Assembly: GCA_963785315.1 (NCBI GenBank)
Contig: CAWAUX010000013.1
Span: 434,351-498,350 of the forward strand
Length of the DNA stretch: 64,000 nt
Source of the DNA: an uncultured Acidobacteriaceae bacterium
Lineage (GTDB): Bacteria > Acidobacteriota > Terriglobia > Terriglobales > Acidobacteriaceae
Direction: 5' to 3'
In this document: one piece after another, positions 1-11,332 of the stretch
How the letters are laid out: each line of letters starts with the position of its first letter
Numbering within the stretch: position 1 is the stretch's first letter
Made by a program: the position numbers and the translations under genes
Notes under the pieces: generated by a model
Database searches by the model: none
What the model was told of the DNA's origin: nothing
What the model saw: the letters and a program-made list of their open reading frames with translations, nothing else

Positions 1-691
1 GTGGTGGCTGAATATCTGCAGGCGGATGCAGTGGTGGTTCCCATCAGCTGCAACGACGCCATTGACCGGGGGAAGCTTGCAGCCGTGGTAGAGCCGAAGA
101 CGCGCATCGGTTCGCCCTTCGTAATTGCCGGTATGGAGGCCGCACTTGCTAAAGGCAAAAAGCGAGTCTGCGGATGGGAGCCGAATGGCGGCTTCCTGAC
201 CGGCTCGCCGATTGCCCGCAATGGCGCCGTGCTAGAACCGCTGCTGACCCGGGACGCGGGTTTGCCTATCCTGGGCGTGCTTTTCGCCGCTCGAGCAGGA
301 TGGGCTTTCGCTGGTGGATCTGTTTGCCCGTCTGCCCAAGCGGTTCAGCCGCGCTGCCCTGCTGAAGCAGTTCCCTCGGGCAATTGCGTTGAAGATCGTG
401 GACCGATTCTCTCCGCCCAATGCTGATACGGAAGAGATTCGAAAAGATCTGGCGCAGTTTTTTACACCAGCGTTGGGTTTTGCCGGCATCACGCACGTGG
501 ATTACACAGACGGGGTGCGCATTCTGTTCGCCAACGGCGAGGTAGCGCATGTGCGGCCCTCTGGGAACGCGGACGAGTTGCGCATCTATGCGGTCGCGGA
601 TACACAGAGCCGGGCCGACGAGATCGCCGCCATGGGAATTGCGGAGCCTGCGGGTATCCTGCGCAAGATGGAGAAGGCCGTCGATGCTTGA
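1..691 (+). pseudogene. alpha-D-phosphohexomutase (phosphomannomutase/phosphoglucomutase family), 5'-partial, frame broken near 290
   Basis: Frame 1 (1 to ~290) reads ...KKRVCGWEPNGGFLTGS...LPILGVLFAA. Frame 2 continues EQDGLSLVDLFARLPKRF...ANGEVAHVRPSGNADELRIYAVA, a variant of the RPSGTEP domain-IV loop of phosphohexomutases. One base must be skipped around 286-295. The stop at 689-691 overlaps the next ATG. Confidence 0.7.
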
Positions 692-1956
692 AGCGGGTCT
701 ACTGACGTTGCAGGGCGTGGTGCAGCACTATGACTGGGGCGGCTACAACTTCATCCCTGATTTGCTGGGCAGGGAAAACGCGACGCGCAGACCGTTTGGC
801 GAATTGTGGATCGGGGCCCATGCCAAGGCGCCTTCCCTGGCCGATGTTGGGGGCACGCTCGAACCTCTCGATCAGTTGATCGCCGAGGCGCCTGATGCCA
901 TCCTGGGGCAGGCGGCGAATGCGCGTTTCGGCGGCCGGCTGCCGTACCTTTTCAAGGTTCTCGACGTGCGCAAGATGCTCTCCATTCAGGCGCATCCTAC
1001 GCTGGAGCAGGCACGGCGCGGCTTTGCGCGCGAGAACGCCGAGGGCATTGGGCTGGAGGCCAGCTTCAGAAATTACAAAGACGATAACCACAAGCCGGAG
1101 ATCGGCGTGGCGCTGACCGAGTTCTGGATGCTGCACGGGTTTCGGCCGCTGGAGCAAATCGCGGAGAGCTTCGCCCGGACGCCGGAGCTGGGTGCGCTGA
1201 TGCCTGAATTTCCGCAGCGGCTGGTGCAGGCGGGCCACCACGATCATGAGGCGCGCCGCGGTTTACTGCGCGAACTTTACAGCACCGTCATGACCATGCC
1301 CCAGGAGCAGGTGGACGTGTTGCTCAACGGGCTGCTGGCCCGGCTGAGCAAAGCTGTCCCCGGATAAGAACAGCGCGGATTACTGGGCGTTGCGGGCGGC
1401 GGAGAATTTTCCCTTGCCGGGTGGACATCGCGATCGCGGGATCTTCAGCGTCTACCTGCTGAACCTGGTGCATTTGCTGCCGGGGCAAGGCACCTTCCAG
1501 CCCGCGGGAGTTCTGCATGCGTATCTGGAAGGGGTCAATGTTGAGCTGATGGCCAACTCCGACAATGTGCTGCGCGGAGGGCTGACGACCAAGCATGTCG
1601 ACGTCCCGGAACTGCTTAGTATCCTCACCTTCGAGGGTGGTACTCCGAATGTCCTGGATGGAGAGCTGGTGACCAGCCAGGAACGTGTCTATCGAACCCC
1701 GGCGGAGGAGTTTGAGTTGAGCCGCATTGGGCTTGCAGCGCACAGCCGATATGCCGGCGACGCGCCTTATGGCCCTAAAGCGTTGCTGGTATTGCAGGGG
1801 TCGGCCAGGGTGAGTGCGGGCGGCCAATGCCTATCCCTGGAGCGGGGATCCATCGCGTTCGTGCCCTGCGGTACGCAGTTTGTCATGGAGACGCAGGCAG
1901 AGGATTTAGTGGTGTTTCAGGCCGGCCTTCCCCGCCATGCCCGGGGCGTAGCGTGA
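684..1956 (+). pseudogene. manA: mannose-6-phosphate isomerase, type I; frame broken at ~1350
   Basis: ATG at 684. Type I PMI motifs LSIQAHP, DDNHKPEIGVALTEFW and HAYLEGVNVELMANSDNVLRGGLTTKHVD are present. The N-part (frame 3) stops at 1365-1367 and the C-part continues in frame 1 from 1348 (KLSPDKNSADYWALRAAENFP...). The break lies inside GCAAAGCTG at 1348-1356. Confidence 0.85.
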
Positions 1957-1969
1957 TCAAAAAAAACGC

Positions 1970-2888
1970 CTAACAGAACCCTGAGGCTAGAAATGCTTCG
2001 ACTTCAGCAGCTGAGGGTAGCGAGGGTTGAGCGCCGGCTCGGGTTACGGAGATGGCGGCGGCGGCAGCGGCGTAACGGGCGGCCTCCGCAGGCGGCTTTC
2101 CCCGGGTGAGGGCAACCGCGAAGGCGGCGTTGAAGCAGTCACCGGCCGCCGTGGTGTCGACCACCTTCACGGGAAAGGCGGGGATCTGTTGCGCGGCGCA
2201 ATCGCGTCCGGCCAGAAAGACTCCCTGCGAGCCGAGCTTGAGCGCTACATTCCGCACCCCCATCGCTAGCAGCTTTTCGGCGGCGGCAGCGGGATCGAGA
2301 TTGACCCGCCCCAACAGGATTTGCGCCTCGGTTTCGTTGGGCGTGAGCCACGTGGTGCGGCTGAGCAAAGCTTGCGGCAAGGGTATGGCGGGAGCAGGAT
2401 CCAGCATCAAAGGAGTCTTGGCCTCCGCGGCCTGGTCCGCCAGGCGGATGACCGCTTCCAGTGGGGTCTCCAACTGCACCAGGATCATTTTGGCTTGCTG
2501 CACCGTCTCCAGGTGGGCGTCGATATAGGCGGCGGAAAGCAAACGGTTCGCGCCTGAGACCACAATGATGGAGTTCTCCCCATTGTCCGCCCTCGATATG
2601 TGGGCCACTCCGCAGGGTCCGGCTACCATCTGAACCGCGTGGGTATCGACGCCGGCGTCCTTCAGGCCAGAGAGCAGCCTCTCGGTGAAAAGGTCGGTAG
2701 CCGAGAGACGCAATCATGTCCACTGGGGCGCCCAGCTTGGCGATGGCTACCGCCTGGTTGGCGCCTTTGCCTCCGTTGAAAACATCGAAGCTGCTGCCAA
2801 GAATGGTCTCGCCCGGGGCCGGGAGGCGGTTCGCACACGCCACCAGGTCGATATTGATGCTACCGACTACCAACAACTTCTTCTCCAC
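1970..2888 (-). pseudogene. rbsK: ribokinase (PfkB family); frame broken at ~2697
   Basis: GTG start at 2888 (VEKKLLVVGSINIDL). NGGKGANQAVA and DTTAAGDCFNAAFA PfkB signatures are present. The N-part ...APVDMIASLG changes frame to ...TDLFTERLLSGLKDAGVDT around 2694-2700. The longer ORF start at 2993 is rejected because it overlaps the tRNA. Confidence 0.8.
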
Positions 2889-2963
2889 GCTCGTTCCCTC
2901 GCCGGGGCCGCTGAGGCCGCCGACGGAAAGGATATCGCTACTGGGAGAGATGTACCAGGAAAG

Positions 2964-3038
2964 TGGAGGCGCGGGCCGGAATCGAACCAGCATTAAAAGG
3001 CTTTGCAGACCTTCCCCTGACCGCTTGGGTTCCGCGCC
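2964..3038 (-). tRNA. tRNA-Cys (anticodon GCA)
   Basis: Hand-folded 75-nt cloverleaf. Acceptor GGCGCGG/CCGCGCC, U73 discriminator and encoded CCA. D stem CCC/GGG with an A13-A22 mismatch. Anticodon stem AAGGT/GCCTT with loop CTGCAAA. T arm GCTGG-TTCGATT-CCGGC. Confidence 0.9.
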
Positions 3039-3331
3039 ATTCTGAAGTAACTGCCCGATTGACGCGGCAGTTAGTTGCTTTGGTGTGAAGTAACTTTAGA
3101 TCGATTGTGATGTGCAAAACTACACCATTTGTGTGGCATCGTTCCCGTTGGTAACCGAAATGGAGTACCGACGCACATGCTGGAAGAAAAAACTGTAGCT
3201 TTGCACGGAAGTCCATGTCGGTCTGGCCGGGTGCCAAACGCCGCCGAGCTTATGCTGTCGAAAAAATCGGTTTTATTCGCAGGTCCGGAAGAGGATACTC
3301 TTATGCAGATTTGAAACTGCCAGGAGGATCG

Positions 3332-4021
3332 ATGTTCTGGGAAGCAGGTAACGGGCGGAGAGATTTTCTAAAGCTTGCGGCATTCAGCCTGGCGGGGGTC
3401 ACCGCTCCATCGGCGCAGGGTCTGTACCAGGCGCAGCGGGACACCATCCAGCGCCCGGACACGCCGGAGCATGCGATCGATCTGCTGGTCCAGGGCAACC
3501 AGCGTTACGTGGCCCAGAAGCTGGTCTCGTTCCAGGAAGATCTGGATATTTTGAAAGCTTCCACGGAAGAGCACCAGGAGCCGTTCGCCGCCGTGCTTTC
3601 CTGCGCTGACTCGCGCGTGCCGGTGGAGTTGGTTTTCGACCAGAGCATCGGTCATGTCTTTGTGGTTCGAGTGGCCGGCAATGTGGCCACGCCGGACACC
3701 ATCGCCAGCCTGGAATATGGTGCGGCGGTGCTGGGAGTAAAAGCGATTGTGGCGCTCGGACATACTAATTGCGGCGCCGTCAAGGCTACCATGGCAGGCA
3801 AGGCGGTGCCGGGACAGATCAGCACACTTTATCAGTACATCCATCCCGCAATCGCCGGAGCCAACGGCGACCTAACCACCGCCAGCCGGCAAAATGCCAG
3901 TCTGCAAGCGTCGGTGTTACGTGAGACCTCGCCTGTTCTAGGCGAGTTGGTGAAGCAGAAGAAGCTGGCCATCCGTGCTGCCATGTACGATGTGGGCAAT
4001 GGAAAAGTCACCATGCTCTGA
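3332..4021 (+). CDS. beta-class carbonic anhydrase with twin-arginine signal peptide
   Basis: ATG at 3332 preceded by AGGAGG at 3322-3327. Tat motif GRRDFLKLAAFSLAG. Beta-CA motifs SCADSRVP and LGHTNCGAV. Confidence 0.85.
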   Translation: MFWEAGNGRRDFLKLAAFSLAGVTAPSAQGLYQAQRDTIQRPDTPEHAIDLLVQGNQRYVAQKLVSFQEDLDILKASTEEHQEPFAAVLSCADSRVPVELVFDQSIGHVFVVRVAGNVATPDTIASLEYGAAVLGVKAIVALGHTNCGAVKATMAGKAVPGQISTLYQYIHPAIAGANGDLTTASRQNASLQASVLRETSPVLGELVKQKKLAIRAAMYDVGNGKVTML

Positions 4022-4584
4022 GCGTGAGCAGGTGCTCCAGGAGCAACGAGGTAAACTCACGCTCCTGGAACGACAGCCGATAGCTCCCTTGACACGGAAG
4101 ATCAAGCTAGTAACAAACTTGATCCGTACCGTCGTTGTATTCCTGATTGCTCCTCACGTTTTGCACCGCAGACGGAGTCTAATTTTCTTGTCCAACACGA
4201 AAGTTGTAGATGGGCGCGTCTGGCGAGCGATTTGGCTGAGTGCTACTTTCGACTCAGTTAGCAGTGGTGCAGGATTTCGGTGGTTTAAGATCGGCGTGAA
4301 CGCAAGCAAACCTTCCTAACCCACAGCGATGGTGACGATTGGGCGCTGGTGGTGAAATATTCGTGCGCGTTTGCGGGCAGCCCAGTTTCGCGGCAACAGT
4401 GTGGGTTGCAAATGGGCGATGCCACCTCAGGCACCTGCTGCGTAATGTTACCTGGCGGCCAACCGATATCTTTAGGATGGCGCTCGATTGGGTAGCTATT
4501 CTAAGTTCGTGCTTGGTATGAGGTTGCGTTTCACGCATAGAAAGAAGCCAGAAGCTCGTGAAGTGGCAACCAGGGACTGTTTAG

Positions 4585-7277
4585 ATGGGGAATGTATCTT
4601 TTTCTGCCTATAGACGAATCGTAGCGTTCCACCGCGTAATCTTCAGGCTGTTGTTGACGGCTGCCTGCAGCGTGACGACGGCGGCGCAAGCGGCTCCGTT
4701 GCCTACTACGACGACGCTCACGGTCTCTTCGTCTTCGGTGGCGTGGCACACGGCAGTGACTTTGACCGCTTCGGTGACGGCGAACGGTGCACCGGTAGCC
4801 GCGGGCACAGTCAATTTCTGCAATGCGTCCGCGCACGTTCTGCGAGGACACAGCTATCGTGGGAACGGCGCAGCTGGCTGGCGGAAACGCAACCCTCAGA
4901 ATCATCCCCGCGATTGGGGTCCATACGTATAAGGCAGTCTTCAGCGGGACGGCGACCGCAGCGCCCGGCGGGTCCAGCTCGCAAACGTTGACGGTAACCG
5001 GCCTCTATCCCACGACTACAGCGATTGCGGCCACCGGCAACCCGAGCGGCTATGGGCTGACGGCAACGGTGGTCGGCTACGCGAACCATCCGCCGGTGAT
5101 GGCAGGCACAGTGTCGTTTCAGGATACGAGCGCCGGCAACTACGTTCTGGGAACAGCACTCCTGGGCCCACCAACGTTCGCTCAAGGTTTCGTCCAGGCG
5201 CCGAATTCTCCAGTCCCTACCGGCAATGAGCCTGCAGCCGGCGCCACCGCAGACTTCAACGGGGATGGAAAGCCAGACTTGGCAATCATGAACTCGCTTG
5301 ACGACGCGATCGTGATTCTGCTGGGCAACGGAGACGGCACCTTCACCCAAGGCGCAACTATCCCTAACGTGACCGCCAGTAACTGCATCCCGTTCCCCTT
5401 AAACCAGCGTTCGAATTGCTCCGTGATCGCGGGAGATTTCAACCAGGACGGCAAGGCCGACCTGGCTGCGGCCAGTGACTTCGACAATACCGTGACCATT
5501 CTGCTGGGCAATGGAGATGGCACATTTGTCCCAGCAAACGGCTCCCCCATTCCCGTGGGTAATTTCCCGGAAACGGTAAAAGCCGGAGATTTCAATAATG
5601 ACGGTGTTCTGGATTTGGTGGTCGCCAATGGCAAGGACAATACCGTAAGTATTCTGTTGGGCAATGGAAACGGCACCTTCACGGCAGGCACGCCCGTTCC
5701 GGTAGCAGGATTTCCGTTTTTTACGGCGGTGGCGGACTTCAACGGCGACGGCTTGGCCGATGTAGCGGTGACCAGCGCAGACGATAACACGGTCACTATT
5801 TTGTTGGGCAACGGAGACGGCACCTTCCACCAGGCCGCCGGTTCGCCAATTCCCGGCTTCGACTACAATCCCGCCCAAGTCATCGCCGCCGATTTTAACG
5901 GCGACGGCATTCCCGACCTGGCGGTAGCAAACTACACCGCCATCGATCAGACGCCTCCCATAGACAACCAAAAGAGCAACGTGTCCGTCTTGCTGGGCAA
6001 GGGGGACGGTACCTTTACCCCTGCGGCGGGATCACCGATTACGGTGGGCTTGTACGCTACGAACGTGCTTGCCGCGGACTTTAACCAGGATGGCAAGACC
6101 GACCTGGCCGTTCTTAACCAAGGCGATGTGAACGACTTCCCGACCCAGACCTTGACCCTCCTGCTGGGAGATGGAACGGGCGGCTTCGCGGCGGCCGGAA
6201 CGCCGACCCAGCTGGGAAAAACTCCCAACGACCTGGTGGCGGCAGACTTCAACGGAGATGGCACCACGGACCTGGCCATCCCCAACATAGGAGAGTTTGA
6301 CACTACCATCCTGCTGTACCAATTCACGCAAACGGCAACTGCGAGTGTTTCGGGTATCACCATTGCCGGCACCGGTACCCACTACGTGGACGCCGTGTAT
6401 GAAGGGGATGCTTCTTTCGTCACCAGCACTTCTCCCACCATCCCTTTGCAGGGGTCGACGGTCGGTACGAGCTTGACGCTGACCGCCAGCCCTGCCGAGC
6501 AAATGATCACCATGCCGGTGACGTTTACCGCCCAGCTGGGTCCGGTTACGAGCCAGCCTTTCTTTGCGACTCCGACGGGAACGGTCACCTTCTTTGACCA
6601 GAGCGTCGGCACCCAGCTTGGCACCGCGCCCATAGGCGCGAATGGGCAAGCGGTTTTGACCGTCACCAGCATAGGTCCGGGAGTGCATAGCGTGACCGCG
6701 AGCTATGGCGGAGCCCCCGGTTTTCTGACCAGCAACTCGAATGCGGTCTCGGTCCAGATCGACGAGTTGCGCCTGCTTCGGGTAGGAAACAACAACACCA
6801 CCATCCTGCCCGGCACCACGGTGGTGTATACGATCCAGGTGCAGCCCCAGGTTGCGACGACATTCCTGTACAACGTGAGCTTCGCGGCGAGTGGTCTGCC
6901 TGCGGGCGCGACGGCGATCTTCACTCCTGCGACGCTGGCGGCGGGCGGATCCATGACGAATATCACGATGACAGTCAAGACAACAAAGACGGCCGCGAAC
7001 GAGCCACCACCGTCTCCCTTCGAACGCTTGCCGCTCGCGCTGGGCATTCTGATTCCCCTCTTGGGAACGAGGGCGGTGCGCAGGCGGTTGCGGCAGATTC
7101 CTCCATACCTGGGAGTGGCGCTGTTTGCGGTGCTCAGCCTGGCCGCAGTTGCGGGCCTGAGCGGATGTTCGGGTGCGGGCCTTTTCGCGGCGAAAAAAGT
7201 TCCCTACTCCATCACGGTTACGGCCACCGAAGGAACAGTGCCAGCGCACAGTCGAGGTGCCCCTTGCGATCCAGTAG
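4585..7277 (+). pseudogene. secreted FG-GAP/VCBS-repeat (7-blade propeller) plus Ig-like domain surface protein; two frame breaks (~4835, ~7241)
   Basis: Signal-like N-terminus and an Ig-like TTTTLTVSSSS...GTVNFCNAS in frame 1, continuing as TFCEDTAIVGTAQLAGGNATL in frame 2. Seven DFNxDGxxDLAV repeats each followed by ILLGNGDGTF. Near 7241 a third frame gives ...TEGTV-QRTVEVPLAIQ with stop 7275-7277. The ORF-track extension to 7480 is probably out of frame. Confidence 0.65.
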
Positions 7278-7308
7278 ACGGAGTGCGGGGCGCGTTGTGG
7301 GAAAAGGT

Positions 7309-7929
7309 ATGCGTAGATCTTTATTATGGATGGCTACGATGCTGGGGCTTGCGCCCGGCCTTCATGGCCAGATCGCGCCGGGGGGAAGAGATTTTTCTTT
7401 GCCGCGCGCGGAGGTCTCGCTGGCCTACAGTCCGACAGAGGCGAACGCTGGGCCCGGCCAATGCGGTTGCTTTTTCATGAACGGAGCCAGCGCCGAGGGA
7501 AATTTTCGCACCTATCGCGCGTATACCACGGTGGTCGATGTAACCGCGGCCCATACCGGCCAAATCAATAACACGGGTCAGCCCTTTTCACTGATCATGG
7601 CGACCGCGGGCATGCGGCTTAATTTCAGGTTGGGTCACCAGCGGCCCGATGGATGGGATTCCTACCACAACGTCAAGCCTTTCGTACAAGCGTTGGCGGG
7701 TTTTGCCCATGGCTTTGACTCGGCTTTCCCTACCAAGTCAGGATTCATTGAATCCTCGGCTAATTCCTTTGCCCTGCTCGCGGGCATCGGGGTCGATTAC
7801 AAGTACCGAAGACATTTATCCTTCCGCCTGATCCAGGCCGATTACGGTTATACCCGGCTGCCAAACCTTGCCGGCAACGACCAGAATTTGCTGCGGATCT
7901 CTTCCGGCATCACGATCCATCTCAAGTAG
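7309..7929 (+). CDS. outer-membrane beta-barrel protein (OmpA-like barrel / porin family)
   Basis: ATG at 7309. Signal peptide MRRSLLWMATMLGLAPGLHGQ. Alternating amphipathic strands and a C-terminal ...LLRISSGITIHLK barrel-closing strand. Confidence 0.6.
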   Translation: MRRSLLWMATMLGLAPGLHGQIAPGGRDFSLPRAEVSLAYSPTEANAGPGQCGCFFMNGASAEGNFRTYRAYTTVVDVTAAHTGQINNTGQPFSLIMATAGMRLNFRLGHQRPDGWDSYHNVKPFVQALAGFAHGFDSAFPTKSGFIESSANSFALLAGIGVDYKYRRHLSFRLIQADYGYTRLPNLAGNDQNLLRISSGITIHLK

Positions 7930-8000
7930 TGGGGCCTAAGCAGGGCTCACCGGTGTTTTTGGCACATCCGACCAGACTTCCTTGAACTCCCAACAAAGGC

Positions 8001-8040
8001 GTCATCCTGAGCGAAGCGCCTCGCTCAGGATGACGATTTT
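8001..8040 (+). terminator. perfect 14-bp hairpin followed by GATTTTGTT; possible terminator and member of the GTCATCC repeat family
   Basis: GTCATCCTGAGCGA (8001-8014), loop AGCGCC, TCGCTCAGGATGAC (8021-8034), then a T-rich run. It lies 72 nt after the stop of the 7309..7929 gene. Confidence 0.4.
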
Positions 8041-8294
8041 GTTCGGGAACTAACGGAACGGATACCTTTGTACGGCGAGCCGGGGCGCACACCAGGTCGC
8101 TCGGCTACGCTCGCGATGACAAGTGGCGGGCGCTGACTCTTATTAGGGCCGTCAGGTGGATGGACGGAAAGAAACAGCGCGTCCCCCGCTTTGCTCGGAT
8201 GACACAATTGGACGCGGCAGCCCCCCTTAGCATGGGTTGAGAGGGATGGACAGATCCCAGGGCAACCAGCAGCCGTGCTGTGCAGCTGCGGATT

Positions 8295-11176
8295 TTAGAA
8301 GTTGAAGATGGCTTGAAGAAAGACACTGCGGTTCCCCGCCGTGGAGGCGCCAAAGAATCCCCCGCCTGCCAGGGACTGCGATTTGCCGAAGAACTGCGTC
8401 GACGAAAGCGTTCCGTTCGGAATTCCCAGGTTCTGATGGTTGAACAGGTTGGTCGAATACGCGGTGAGGGTCAGGTTGTACCTGCGCGAAGTAGCCTGGT
8501 CCAGGCGCCCCGGTCCCCCACGGCTTCCGCTCAGGCCACCGGGGCCGATTCCGCCGCCTCCGCCTCGGCCTCCACCCCCACCTCCGCCACCCGACCGTGC
8601 AGCACGAGCTACCTTCTACTTTGGGGCCAATGCCGATCACTTTACTTACACGCATGTTCAAGCTGACATTCGTAGGACCGGTGCCGAGACCGTAGGGGAT
8701 GATCTTTTCGTTGGTGCCGAAGGGGTTCGAATTCAGACAGCCATATTGCGTGTCCACGACGTCTGGTTCGCTGCAACTCGCCGCAAACGTCGGCCGGGCG
8801 TTGAACTGGTTGTTCCTGGTCAGATCGCTGCCGGTGGTCACGTTGTAGGGGGTTCCAGAGTTGTAGGCGAAAAAGGGAGTCAGCGATACACCGTAGGGCG
8901 CGGAGAAGTTCCCCAGGATCACGAAACGGTTGTGAACATCGAAGCTGCTTCGTCCATAGTCAAGCCCTGGATTCTGAGCGACGGAAGGAGTGTAGGTGAC
9001 TCCATTGGTATCGGCTTTCGCGGTGGTGTAGGTGTAGAAAGTGAAGAAGCTGAACCGCGGGTAACTGGCCCGTGCCGGAAACGATGATCTGGTCTTGCCG
9101 GTAGACGCCTCCGGACTGGTACTGCAGGTTGTTCTCTTGCGCGGGTGGAAGCGGGGTGGCCGGATAGATGCCGAGATCCGCAGTGGCAAACTCCGGAGCT
9201 CCGATATTGTTGGTTAGGTATTGGTGCACGCCTCGTCCGTAAAGATAAGTCACATTCGCGGTGATCCTCTTGGCCACCTGACGATCAAGGCCCACGGCTA
9301 ACTGCAGGTCTGTGGCGGCATGGAAATGCGGATCGAGGGTGTAGAGCGTCTGCGCTGTGTTGGCATTCACTACCGCAACCGGGTTGACCGGAAATGCCGG
9401 ATTCGTGATGGTGGAAACCTTCTGGTTGATTCCGTTCTGATGGATCGCCTGGATGATGTAGGGCGTGCCTGCGTTGGATCCGAAACTGTTGGGCACGGTG
9501 AAGCGCTGGTAGAACCAGCCGTATCCTGCGCGCAGCACCGTCTTTGGCGGGTGCTTGGAATCGCCGTGCCCCAGGGCGTAAGCAAATGACAAGCGCGGCG
9601 CCCAGTCACTTTTATCGTTGATCCGGTTTTGCGTTTCCCAACGCAATCCGTAGCTGAAGGTAAAGCGCTGGTTCACCTTCCAGTCATCCTGGTAAAAGAG
9701 CGCGGCATCGAACAGAATCGCGCTCGCCGTGTATTGATTAACTTCCGTCACCTGGTAGGTCTGCGGAATCTGGCTTTCATAATTCTGCACGGACTGGAAG
9801 ATGTACTGGCCGTTGGTGCCCCCATTGGTGTAGTTCGAATCGCTATCGGCGCGCAGGCGGGCGCCAAAGTTCAAGGAATGATTGCCCTCGGCGGCGGCGA
9901 AGTAGTTCTGCAATTCGTATAGGTTCTGGGTGTCACGTACGGTTCCGCCGTTGTTGCCGCCATCCACAAAGGAGCCCTGCACCGTGATGGTGGGTGAAAC
10001 ATTTTGGGCAACGTTCTGATAGTGGAAGTGGCGGTATTGAAAACGAATGTCGTCCACGATGTTCTTGCTCAGCACCAGGCTGTCACTCACCTGCACGGTG
10101 TTCTCCATGCTTTCGGTGTCGGTGGCCTGGGAGGGAAGAGCCAGGGGACCTACGCCTGCGTTGGTGGTCACCGCGCGGTAGAAATCGTAACGAAGGGTCA
10201 AGGTGTTCTTTTGGCCGAGCTGCAGGTCCAGGCGGGGGCTGATGTCGATGCGTGAACTCGGGTTGGGGTAGGCTTCATTCAAGGATGGTCCGCTGAGATC
10301 GTCCGGGTTGACCGCATCGATCACACTCACATTCTGATTGTTGCGTCCGAATGCGCTGACGTAGTACGAGGCCGTTTTGGAAATGGGACCGCCTACGCTG
10401 CCTTGCAGGTTGTAGGAGTAGTAGGACGGTTCCGGCGTCTGCAGAATCGGGTTGCGCGAGTTGAAGGAGGAGTCGTTGCCGCGGGCTTCGATCTGGCCGT
10501 GCAGCTTATCCGTGCCGGGCTTGGTGAGGATTTCTATTCGTCCGTAACCCAGGCGATCAAACTCGGCGGAAAATGGGTTCTGGTTGATACGGATCTCACG
10601 GATGGAAGATTTGGGCGGCATCTGTCCTCCGGTAAACCCGTCGATGTAGACCTCGCCCCCGTTGGGACCAGCAGCCGGTCCAGCGAGAGCCTGCAGCTGG
10701 TTCTCCAGTTCATCGGGATCGTCGGAGAGTGCATCGAGGTCTTTCCCCTTGAGCACCACCGCGTTGGCGTTTTGATCCGGGCTGGTATCGACGGTCGGCG
10801 TGTCGGCCTCGACCTGTACCTGCTGCTGCTCCATCTGGATTTGCATCGCGATGTTCAGCGTCTTGGTCTGCCCGGCGGTGACGGTGACCGAGGAGGTGAA
10901 GGGAGCAAATCCCGCCGTATTCGCATTCACGGTGTAAGCGCCGGCAGGCAGACCCTTTACCTGGTAAGAACCGGTGCCGTCTGACACTGCGCTGGAGCTT
11001 TTTCCAGAAGGCGAAGTCACTGTGACCTGTGCTTGCGGGATGACGGCGCCGCTTGGATCCAAAACCCGGCCCTGGACTGTGGCGGTTGCCCCTTGACCGA
11101 AAAGGATCTTCGGCGCGGCGAGCGCACTCAGCAGGGATACGATCAGGATCAACCAGCACTTGGTAGGTTTCATCAT
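8295..11176 (-). pseudogene. TonB-dependent receptor with N-terminal carboxypeptidase-regulatory-like domain; two frame breaks (~9072, ~8605)
   Basis: Signal peptide followed by ATVQGRVLDPSGAVIPQAQVTVTSPSGKS...YQVKGLPAGAYTV. The barrel continues through three frames: ...QIIVSGTG / ASYPRFSFFTFYTYTTAKADTNG...GIGPKVEG / ...SGGGGGGGRGGGGGIGPGG...NRSVFLQAIFNF, with a terminal Phe and stop at 8295-8297 (my own translation of the third frame). Confidence 0.8.
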
Positions 11177-11332
11177 TGCCCAGAGCTGAACTGCGGCAGG
11201 ACAAATGGCAACCCAGCTTTATGGAATGGACGCACCGGCCGCACCGTAAGTTTCCTGGCCTAGAGAGGCCAAGTCTAACGAATGTCAACGATTTAGACGC
11301 TTATTTCCGATGAGGGGAAGGCCAAGAAATGT

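Noticed and set aside
2889-2993. Longer N-terminus for ribokinase (ORF start at 2993).
   Set aside because: It would overlap tRNA-Cys (2964-3038). The conserved ribokinase N-terminus begins at the GTG at 2888.
2964-4584. tRNA-Cys as the attachment site of an integrated island.
   Set aside because: No integrase, direct repeat of the tRNA 3' end, or accessory genes lie next to it. The neighbours are ribokinase and carbonic anhydrase.
4022-4584. A 560-bp gap searched for small RNAs or a terminator (the inverted repeat TCCAGGAGC-n16-GCTCCTGGA at ~4041-4074).
   Set aside because: The loop is long and there is no U-tract. Nothing else here was distinctive enough to call.
8440-9087. Plus-strand ORF with a PPPRPPPPPPPP proline run.
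   Set aside because: It is the antisense translation of the Gly-run (GGGGGGGRGGGGG) near the C-terminus of the TonB-dependent receptor on the minus strand.
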